A DNA stretch of 64,000 nt from a virus (lineage: Duplodnaviria; Caudoviricetes): positions 1 to 64,000 of the IMG/VR virus record IMGVR_UViG_3300031992_000021; one strand, written 5' to 3'. The translations under genes were made by a program, and so were the position numbers. Position 1 is the first letter of the stretch; each line of letters begins with the position of its first letter. This document shows positions 56,494 to 64,000 of the stretch, in pieces. The notes beneath the pieces were generated by a model. It did not search any database and was not told the origin of the DNA. It saw only the letters and a list, made by a program, of their open reading frames with translations.

Positions 56494-57033
56494 TCATGCG
56501 GCCGTGATGGTATAGTCGCCGGTCTTGCTGTTGATAGTCACCCTAAAAGAAGCGCCTCCGCCGCATGTCCCCTGCTTGGATGCGCTGTGGGTTCCGCCAG
56601 AGCCGTTCTTTCCGCCACCCCAAAGTCTGTAGGTGCACTCAGCGCTTGCATCCCATTCGCAGTCCTTTCCGCTGCTCTTCAGCGCAAGCTTCACCGTCAC
56701 GCTTCCGCTGGTCTTTGTGATCTTGTAGGCGACAACGTGCGACGGACTGTGCTGAGAGCACACCTCTTTGCCGTTTAGGATGGCTTTGGGAAAAATGTTC
56801 TTTTCACCCATCGAAAACGACCACTGAGCCCAGAGTATGAGATTCGACGAATAGATCAGTCTTCCTCCGCTGCTGTGAAGCAGCTCATCAGGCACGACCT
56901 CATATCCAGAGTCGCCATTCTCGTCGTAATCGTCGTATCCTGGAAGTATCGGCGGAGGCTCCGGAATGGGGTCTTCGTTATAGCCAGACCCTGATCCGTT
57001 AGCTATGTCTCTGTATATGAGCTGGTTCAGCAT
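56494..57033 (-). CDS. hypothetical protein
   Basis: 179 aa, GAGGT RBS. Confidence 0.7.
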   Translation of the reverse strand: MLNQLIYRDIANGSGSGYNEDPIPEPPPILPGYDDYDENGDSGYEVVPDELLHSSGGRLIYSSNLILWAQWSFSMGEKNIFPKAILNGKEVCSQHSPSHVVAYKITKTSGSVTVKLALKSSGKDCEWDASAECTYRLWGGGKNGSGGTHSASKQGTCGGGASFRVTINSKTGDYTITAA

Positions 57034-57041
57034 GGCATACC

Positions 57042-59159
57042 TCAGACATCGTTGCAGCAGGCGTGATCAGACATGTGCGACACTGCCGTGAACACGTCTG
57101 TCCAGCTGAGCTCGTCTATAGTCTTGTCGCCGTCCTTCTTCGGATTGTACTTCTTGACCTGAAGGGCATGCTTCGACTGGTTGTACCTGATCCCGACGAG
57201 AAAATCCATGTCAAGATTCAGCTTGCTGCTCTTCGGGAACGTTACCTTCAGCGTAATGTGCCTGCCGCATGCTTCTCCTCCAGCAGACGAATCCTTCTTG
57301 ACCTCGAATTTGCCAACGGAGTCGCTTGTCATTGACATCGAAGTGTCGATAGACAAAAGCGACTTTTTGGTAGGGCAAGGCACATTGAGCGTGACGGTCA
57401 CATCCTGAGGATTGATTGTGCAGTCCTGCTTGTTGACCTGCCAAAAGTTCGTGGACTGTTGTATTCCAGCCGTCACATTCTTGAACTGAGGCTTGATCTT
57501 GAGCTTCTTCCACCCTGACTCCGCATTGATAGGACATGGTATGTCAAGCCTGATGTCAGGCTGATAGTGCTCGACGGTGCAATTCTTCCTATCCACGATC
57601 ATCCAGCTTGCCGACTGCGTGGATGTATATCTTGCCGCATGCTGGTATTTATACTTCAGCTTGAAGCGAAGCCTGTACCTGTCATTGCCGATCGAGACCC
57701 ATGGAGGCGTTGAAACGGTGAACGGACATTTAAGATTAAGCCTAAACTGCTTATCAACGACCTGAAGTCTGCACGACTGTGAATCCGCCGTAAGGAAACT
57801 AGACGATACGCTGCTTCCAGAAGATCCCCATCCTATTTTAGCCCTGAACTTCGGGAAGCTCTCGCCAGGCTTCCTTCTCACCGGGCAAGGAAGGTTAAGC
57901 CTGATGTCTATCGGCAACGGCTCTATAGTGCAAGATGAAGAGTTCATCTTGATGTAGCTCACCGATGCAGAACCTGACGAACTCCCGTATTTGATCTTCA
58001 GCTTCATGTGAGGAGGCTTCTTTGCCCCCCCTGCACCCTCTTCCTTATGCACCTTTATCGGGCAAGGAATCTGAAGGTTCAGCTGGACATCGCTTCCCTT
58101 TATGAGACATGACTGCGAGTCGGCCTTTAAGAAGCTGATAGATGCGCTTCGATTGGAAGATCCCCAGTCTAGCCTTGCTCTAAGCTTCGGGAAGCTCTCG
58201 CCAGGCTTCCTTCTCACCGGGCAAGGAAGGTTAAGCCTGATGTCTATCGGCAACGGCTGTATGGTACACGATGACGGGTCTGTCTTTATGTAGCTTACAG
58301 ATGCAGAGCTGCCCGACATCCCGTACTTCAACTTTATCTTGAGGTGCGGGTCTTTGTTCTCCGGCTTCTTTATCGGGCAGGGAACTTCAAGATTGAGCGT
58401 CGGGGACAGCGGCTCTATTGTGCATTCCTTTACGTCGCGTCTGACATAGCTTACCGATACGCTATTGCCAGACTTTGCAAAACGAGCCTTTGCCCTTATC
58501 TTGGGAACATTGTCGTTTCTGCCGATTACTGGGCAGGGAAGGTTGAGGTGCAGAGTTGGAGACAGCGGCTCGATCTCGCATTTCTGCGTATCGGTCTTGA
58601 TGAAGCTTGCTGACGCAACCTTGTCTCCTTCTCCGTACGAAATGCCTATCTTGATCTTCTTTCCACTGGCGTCATTCACCGGGCAGGGGATGTTCAGGTT
58701 GATGTCTATGTCCTTCGCCTCGACCGTGCAGCTGTCGGTGTTGGTCTTTATGTACGATTCGTCCGCAGACGCCTTGCCGGTCCCGTACCCGATCTTCATC
58801 TTTATCTTCTTGGATCCTCCTTCGAGGATAGGGCACGGGATCTGAAGGTTGAAGTTCGATACGTAGTTTCCCTCGCAGCAGTCGCCGCTTGCGGTGAAAT
58901 CAGCGCTCGCGCCGAACTTCCTGTCCTTGCTGTACTTGAAGTTGAGGGCGTACTTGATGTTGACGCACGCGCACGATGGCGGAACCGGAATAAGAATCGG
59001 AGTGTCCACTATCTCCGGAGGTATGTCCGGCATCGTGGGGTCTATTGTCTCGCAGTACGGAAAGTCGTCGAACTGGTTTATGTCTACATTGCCACGATCG
59101 CACCCATCACCTGAAAGGAATGGGCGTCTGTTGCAAGACTTCTGACCGCTTTTTGACAT
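57042..59159 (-). CDS. Cys/Lys-rich tandem-repeat protein (about ten ~53-56-aa repeats)
   Basis: Repeat core S.S(F/Y)IK.D...C.I......L.L.(I/L)PCP. Confidence 0.8.
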   Translation of the reverse strand: MSKSGQKSCNRRPFLSGDGCDRGNVDINQFDDFPYCETIDPTMPDIPPEIVDTPILIPVPPSCACVNIKYALNFKYSKDRKFGASADFTASGDCCEGNYVSNFNLQIPCPILEGGSKKIKMKIGYGTGKASADESYIKTNTDSCTVEAKDIDINLNIPCPVNDASGKKIKIGISYGEGDKVASASFIKTDTQKCEIEPLSPTLHLNLPCPVIGRNDNVPKIRAKARFAKSGNSVSVSYVRRDVKECTIEPLSPTLNLEVPCPIKKPENKDPHLKIKLKYGMSGSSASVSYIKTDPSSCTIQPLPIDIRLNLPCPVRRKPGESFPKLRARLDWGSSNRSASISFLKADSQSCLIKGSDVQLNLQIPCPIKVHKEEGAGGAKKPPHMKLKIKYGSSSGSASVSYIKMNSSSCTIEPLPIDIRLNLPCPVRRKPGESFPKFRAKIGWGSSGSSVSSSFLTADSQSCRLQVVDKQFRLNLKCPFTVSTPPWVSIGNDRYRLRFKLKYKYQHAARYTSTQSASWMIVDRKNCTVEHYQPDIRLDIPCPINAESGWKKLKIKPQFKNVTAGIQQSTNFWQVNKQDCTINPQDVTVTLNVPCPTKKSLLSIDTSMSMTSDSVGKFEVKKDSSAGGEACGRHITLKVTFPKSSKLNLDMDFLVGIRYNQSKHALQVKKYNPKKDGDKTIDELSWTDVFTAVSHMSDHACCNDV
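57849..58258. repeat. perfect 74-bp direct repeat (57849-57922 and 58185-58258)
   Basis: Identical by direct comparison; offset 336 bp, in frame. Confidence 0.9.
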
Positions 59160-59198
59160 ATTGGATATTATACCATTTGGAAGGCCTGAATTGAAGCG

Positions 59199-60077
59199 TC
59201 ATCCTTCTGTCTGTTCCGATTCCGAATCCGCCACTGGATTGCAGATATCGACGAGCTCCCTGCCGGCGACTATCTCTATGCACGGTATGGTCATTCCGTT
59301 GCACTTGGATTTCGCATCCATTACGGTGTAGCTTCTTCCCTGTGAAACGCCGACGCCCTTTCCGCCGCGCAAAACGATGTTTCCATTGTTCACGGCGTTC
59401 TGTCCGCAGAAGAAGAAAAGCGGGCGCCTGCAATCCCTCGATCCTGCATCCCCGAAGTCGAACTTGCACGGATCGTATCCGTATCTACGTCCTACACGCA
59501 CGAACACCTTGCCGCCGTATATGATCGGACTTGTGCGGTATCCATCCTCAAGAACGACATCACCCGAAGCATTAGACGCGGAGTCGTGTCCCGAGACGCC
59601 CTCGCTTCCGTTCACCGATATGCCGTCAACGCCCATCCCGTCCGACACCCTGACAACCCTCGAATCGAGCACCGGCGAATCAAGCTTCCATTCTCCGTCA
59701 CCGACGACGGACCGTATGTACGCATGGCTTGAGAAAACGAGGGACACCGAGGCTCCCCTGATTCCGGATCCCTCCACTACTCCCCTGACGCGCTCGAACG
59801 ATCCATCTCCGATTTCTTCACCGCCTGACAATACGACGCCAAACATCCTTCCGCCGTATACGAAGGCTATTCTCGTGGCGTTTTCGGCAACCTCCACCCT
59901 TGAAACCATAAGACTTTCGTCTCCTCTCGCGTCCGGATCGAACAGCGTAGCGTCAAGGAGAATGCAGTCCAGCCCAGACGTCGGAGACGCCTTCTCGCGC
60001 CATTCTTCGCGCTTCATCGGATATGAGCGGTGACGGTTGTGGTTCAGCCACTCCATCGTCTTCGAGGTAAGTGTCAT
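59199..60077 (-). CDS. putative baseplate/tail protein, family B
   Basis: N-terminal EW...N..RSYP...ILLDA motif shared with neighbours; Cys-rich C-terminus. Confidence 0.6.
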   Translation of the reverse strand: MTLTSKTMEWLNHNRHRSYPMKREEWREKASPTSGLDCILLDATLFDPDARGDESLMVSRVEVAENATRIAFVYGGRMFGVVLSGGEEIGDGSFERVRGVVEGSGIRGASVSLVFSSHAYIRSVVGDGEWKLDSPVLDSRVVRVSDGMGVDGISVNGSEGVSGHDSASNASGDVVLEDGYRTSPIIYGGKVFVRVGRRYGYDPCKFDFGDAGSRDCRRPLFFFCGQNAVNNGNIVLRGGKGVGVSQGRSYTVMDAKSKCNGMTIPCIEIVAGRELVDICNPVADSESEQTEG

Positions 60078-61150
60078 TCGCTGCCTCCGTTTCCTCCGGA
60101 CAGTCCCGGAACCTGAATAACGACGCCCTTCGAGGTCATTTCGTCGAGCATTTCCCCTTCTGCAAGATCCGCGGAATCGCCCTGTACCACGACCTTAAGA
60201 TCCTCGGTTCTCGGCGACACCGCTCCGTCTTCAAGAGTGATCGAAAGCGGATTCCTTCCCTCTCCCATCACATTCGGAACCACGATGTAGAACGCATTGT
60301 CTGCGCCTTCGGGGATTCCTCCCTCCGGCCGTCCATCCTCCTCGTCAGGAGGTATGAACACCTCCTCGAGATGGTAGTGTTCCGGAAGCGACTCCTCGTC
60401 TGGCAGCGGATCCTTCTCGCATTTGCACGTGTCGGCCATCTCAAAGTGGTTCTCGCGGCGAACCGATGCGCACACTCCGTCCCTGTCCATGTTGAGAAGG
60501 TACAGACGGATCGTATTGTACGAAATCCTGTCGATCCTGAAAGGAGTCTGCCCGTCGACCACGCATATTATCCTCCTGATGGACCCGGAATCCTTGGATC
60601 CCGGCCTCGGCAGCACGTCGAACCTCAGCGTCTTCAGCCCGTCCTTTGTCGTGCTCGACACCCTTATGTCGTCCGACTTCGAGTTCGAGAATGCGACTAC
60701 GCCGGCCGTCTTCACGGATTCCATTACCGACATTGAAGTCACGCCGTCTATCACCACCGGAAACACGCATCCGGCCGCGAAGGCAGCATTCTCCTGCGAA
60801 TACTCCCTGCGAGAACCCCTGCCTGCGAACTCAGACAGCGCCTCTGCGGACGACGCGACGAGCGTTCCTACATGCCTGCCAAGCCCCGAAAGATCGTGGA
60901 ACTCCACGTTCCTTCCGTTCGCCGTCCCCTCCATTATCACGCCAGTGCCGTCCGATATGCTGAACACGCCTGTCTCGGATATCCCTGAAAGGTACACCAC
61001 CCCGGACGGGTTCACAGGGTAGATTGCCGCATCAACGAACACGCCTGACGGTATCTCAGAGTATTCATCTCCGGTCGGAACGCATCCTTCCGCGAAAGGG
61101 TAGCTCCTCAAAGCGTTCTCGTTCTCGAACTCCGCAAATATTCCATCCAT
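60074..61150 (-). CDS. putative baseplate/tail protein, family B
   Basis: FENENALRSYPF...FVDA. Confidence 0.6.
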   Translation of the reverse strand: MDGIFAEFENENALRSYPFAEGCVPTGDEYSEIPSGVFVDAAIYPVNPSGVVYLSGISETGVFSISDGTGVIMEGTANGRNVEFHDLSGLGRHVGTLVASSAEALSEFAGRGSRREYSQENAAFAAGCVFPVVIDGVTSMSVMESVKTAGVVAFSNSKSDDIRVSSTTKDGLKTLRFDVLPRPGSKDSGSIRRIICVVDGQTPFRIDRISYNTIRLYLLNMDRDGVCASVRRENHFEMADTCKCEKDPLPDEESLPEHYHLEEVFIPPDEEDGRPEGGIPEGADNAFYIVVPNVMGEGRNPLSITLEDGAVSPRTEDLKVVVQGDSADLAEGEMLDEMTSKGVVIQVPGLSGGNGGSE

Positions 61151-61159
61151 AAGACCCTC

Positions 61160-61900
61160 CTAGTGGAACCAGAGCACGATGTTGCCGTTCTCATCCGGAT
61201 TCACGCCATTTATCGAAACTATCGGCGTGGCCCCGCATGCGTCGACGCCAGACGCCTTTGCGCATTCAGACGCAAGCTCAACATCGGCGCCGTCTTCAAG
61301 CGACAGCCTGAACGACTTTCCGGACTTCTCCGACTTCACGTATCCAGAGAAGTCTATCTCCACATCTCCAGACAGGCGCTCTCCGCTTCTCTTGTCTACG
61401 AAGCTCCTGAGAGACGCAGGCCTTGCGACGGCGACGCAGCACTGATGCACTACTACTCCAACGTCACCGTCGAACCTGTCCCTGAAGAAGTACGTCTCAG
61501 GAAACCCAGGAAAGTCGATGTCTCCAAAAGTTACCACGCCGCCGGCGTCCTCGGAGCCGGCGAGCTTTTCGAGCATATACGGGAAATATGGCCTGAACGA
61601 ATCCCTGGACACCGTGACAGAAAGCGATGCGGATCCGCACCTGAAGCATGCCGACACCATGTGGCTCGACACGTGGAAGCTCGACAGAGAAACGCGTGGA
61701 AGCGCATCTGAGTCCGCATGTATCATCTCGGAATGGTCTCCAAGAGCGGCGGGGACGAACAGATGGAGGTCTACTATCGCGTCACGAGACAGCTCCTTTC
61801 CGTCTTTGTCCACCAGAGAGCTTCCGCTCTCGAACGGATACATCCTAAGCGCGTTCTCGTTCTCGAACTGCGCAGACGCCATGTCGACGTAAACACCCAT
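61160..61900 (-). CDS. putative baseplate/tail protein, family B
   Basis: FENENALRMYPF...IVDL; C-terminal SINGV.PD.NGNI. Start trimmed to ATG 61900. Confidence 0.6.
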   Translation of the reverse strand: MGVYVDMASAQFENENALRMYPFESGSSLVDKDGKELSRDAIVDLHLFVPAALGDHSEMIHADSDALPRVSLSSFHVSSHMVSACFRCGSASLSVTVSRDSFRPYFPYMLEKLAGSEDAGGVVTFGDIDFPGFPETYFFRDRFDGDVGVVVHQCCVAVARPASLRSFVDKRSGERLSGDVEIDFSGYVKSEKSGKSFRLSLEDGADVELASECAKASGVDACGATPIVSINGVNPDENGNIVLWFH

Positions 61901-61901
61901 G

Positions 61902-63326
61902 TCACACCTCCACCGTTTTGCGCAGGATGCCAAGGCTTCCGGAACGTCCGCCTTCAGATGAATACGAAAGGCCGACGGATATCGATCCCGAGTATCCTCC
62001 AGTCGAAGCAGCTCCGACCATGTCGTTCTTCACTGACACGAACGCAATGACAAGGGACATGCCAGGCATGACCGTGAACGACTGCCCGACCAAGTCGGAA
62101 GCCGAATTTCCGGACTTCGACTTCGGGACGCCGTTCTCGTCAGACCACGACGCAGAGACCTCCGCCACTACGTCCGAACCTGCGAGCGAATACACAGTCG
62201 CCGTGACAACAGAATACGACGAGTTGCGTAGCGTTGCCGTGAACGCGCACCGCCCCATTCTGCCCTTAACTCCGGTCTCGGCAAGCTTGGGGCTAAGATT
62301 CGCGCCGACAGGCATTCCTGAAAGCGACAGCCTCACGTCAGACAGAGTTGGCCTAGAGAGTCTCTGATTGAAGCGTTTTACCGCTGCTTCGTAGTCTGAA
62401 AGATGCCTGGCAATGTCAGACCTGGCCTGCCTTACGGCGTTAGACAGCGGAACAAGCCTGTCGTTGACGATCGATTCGTACATCGCGCATGTGCAGCACG
62501 CCGTGCACTTGGCGTGAAGCTGGATATGTCCTATCCTCTTGACTACGGCGCCGTTCTCGATCACGGACTCGATCCATGGCTCTATGTCGTAGCACGTGTC
62601 GTTGAAGATCCGGGTATGTCCGTCCGGGCTCATTATGGGAGACTTCACGGACGCCACGTCTTCGCATGAGCACGGTACGGTCCCCATGCCGGCCCCAGGA
62701 ACCGCGCCGATCTGCATCCCGTTCTCATCCGGATCGGATATCAGCATGTTGTTTCCGGGAATTACGGATATGTTCCCCTTGAGGACGAAATGGGGTCCGC
62801 TAGACTTCGGGTTCACTCCGTCGAAGACCCTGATTGACGTAAGTCCTGACGGAGACTTTGCGGCGCATCTTGCGCACAGCCTCAAAAAGGCCCCGTCCCG
62901 CACCGAGGGGGAAGAGCTGCCTGGAGCGGGAGGGGAAATCGACTTTTCGGAGCAGAACGAGAGAAAGTCCCTCAATCCCTCCGACGACATTATGACGACG
63001 TACGATCCGAACGGAGCCCTTCCGCTCAGGATCGGGAATCTCGACGCTGAATCGGATATCGTGACGGACGCAGACATTCCGCCGGCGCATATCGAGAACG
63101 ACATGCGTGAATCTCCGGCCGAGAATCCGCCAATGGAAGGCCATCCGTCCTCGATGTCGGCTCCATACGCATTGACGAAGGCGTCGGCGAAGCATCTTTC
63201 CAGCAGACGCTGCGCCTCGGCGTCCAGGTCAGGGCTTCCGGAGCTCCACGCAAGCGTCTGCCCGTCCTCGAACGGGAACGGCACGAGCATGTTCCCAGAG
63301 AGATATCCGTTTCCCGCGCAGCTCAC
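61902..63326 (-). CDS. putative baseplate/tail protein, family B
   Basis: Start trimmed to GTG 63326 (GTGA overlap); N....FPF...F.DA; PD.....I...CY...C.ACC.C. Confidence 0.6.
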   Translation of the reverse strand: MSCAGNGYLSGNMLVPFPFEDGQTLAWSSGSPDLDAEAQRLLERCFADAFVNAYGADIEDGWPSIGGFSAGDSRMSFSICAGGMSASVTISDSASRFPILSGRAPFGSYVVIMSSEGLRDFLSFCSEKSISPPAPGSSSPSVRDGAFLRLCARCAAKSPSGLTSIRVFDGVNPKSSGPHFVLKGNISVIPGNNMLISDPDENGMQIGAVPGAGMGTVPCSCEDVASVKSPIMSPDGHTRIFNDTCYDIEPWIESVIENGAVVKRIGHIQLHAKCTACCTCAMYESIVNDRLVPLSNAVRQARSDIARHLSDYEAAVKRFNQRLSRPTLSDVRLSLSGMPVGANLSPKLAETGVKGRMGRCAFTATLRNSSYSVVTATVYSLAGSDVVAEVSASWSDENGVPKSKSGNSASDLVGQSFTVMPGMSLVIAFVSVKNDMVGAASTGGYSGSISVGLSYSSEGGRSGSLGILRKTVEV

Positions 63327-64000
63327 TGCATGGTCTTTCTCGACAGGACGTAGCTCGTTATGAACGCAGTCAGCCTGTCGCCTAGCGACGACACGTTGCC
63401 CGCGAGAGTGTTCACCGAAGTCTGCAGGTCGTTTATCGTCTGGTTTATGAAGGCGGTTTCGGCGCATCCGCAGCATGGCTTTGCGCACTCGTCGGTCATC
63501 CTGATGATGCCGCTGTCGGTGGAGACCTGGATGCAGTCGTCGCCGTCTATGACGACTTCCTCCACCGCTATGCCGTTTATCGACCTTACGAACGACTGCT
63601 CCGACACCTTGCAGTCGCATTCGTCCGTGTATCCGGAGTTCGGATCCGCGCTGACGACGAGCGCGTTTTCGTCCGGCTTGTAGTCGAACCTGATGTTTTC
63701 GCCGGCCACGAGGCTGACATCTCCGGTGAGACGGAGCGAGACGTATCCCGACGAATCCACCGCACGAAGAGACCTCACACCCGAAAGAGACGGCCTGATG
63801 CATGTCGGCTCGATCATGGCCTCGTCAGGGGAGAAGCTGTACAGTCCGTCTGGAGTGCGCTCGAAGAACTCGTCGAGGTCCCCGAGGCACACCACGCCTC
63901 TTGCGTCCACGAACGAACCGGTTCCCGATACGTGGTAGGCGCCGTTCTTCTCGTGTCCGGCCGATGTCGCATAGACCGACATCACCCTGTCGCCGTTCCT
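63323..64000 (-). CDS. putative baseplate/tail protein, family B, partial (starts beyond right edge)
   Basis: Frame is open to the edge; LTGDVSLVAG.N, RSINGI, CAKPCCGC.E motifs. Confidence 0.65.
   Translation of the reverse strand, partial: RNGDRVMSVYATSAGHEKNGAYHVSGTGSFVDARGVVCLGDLDEFFERTPDGLYSFSPDEAMIEPTCIRPSLSGVRSLRAVDSSGYVSLRLTGDVSLVAGENIRFDYKPDENALVVSADPNSGYTDECDCKVSEQSFVRSINGIAVEEVVIDGDDCIQVSTDSGIIRMTDECAKPCCGCAETAFINQTINDLQTSVNTLAGNVSSLGDRLTAFITSYVLSRKTMQ

Noticed and set aside
1-64000. Alternative genetic code, integrase or transposase
   Set aside because: Genes are long and tightly packed under the standard code, and no recombinase or transposase motifs were recognised.

Overview
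This window looks like part of a large (jumbo-type) tailed-phage genome. Genes are tightly packed and almost all on the - strand. There is no host housekeeping operon. The 1-14.9 kb segment holds DNA-metabolism and accessory genes (HD hydrolase, degenerate SF2 helicase, SbcD/SbcC, a REC-domain protein) and an RNA cluster (tRNA-Arg(CCT), a tRNA-like RNA, a 354-nt tmRNA-like RNA). The 15-33 kb segment holds a GH24 lysozyme, an exosortase-like fragment, a 2998-aa BspA-type LRR protein, an RpoD-like sigma factor and three secreted paralogs. The 33-64 kb segment holds fibre/adhesin, portal-like and baseplate-like genes, a split RNA polymerase beta' C-terminal subunit, a subtilase and a glycosyltransferase-Stealth fusion. 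The standout is a compact putative RNA-guided locus at 5662-7549 (- strand). It consists of a Cas7/RAMP-like gene, a small partner gene and a 708-bp non-coding array, closed by an intrinsic terminator. The array has 13 units, each a 4-nt GGCA-type delimiter plus 8-12 pentamers of form D-G-H-N-N, so every unit length is 5n+4. The variable dinucleotides, read antisense with one skipped base, give protein-like motifs, including one resembling dUTPase motif V. This suggests guides that read codon positions 1-2 and ignore the wobble base. All protein calls come from motif recognition by eye; no database search was run.
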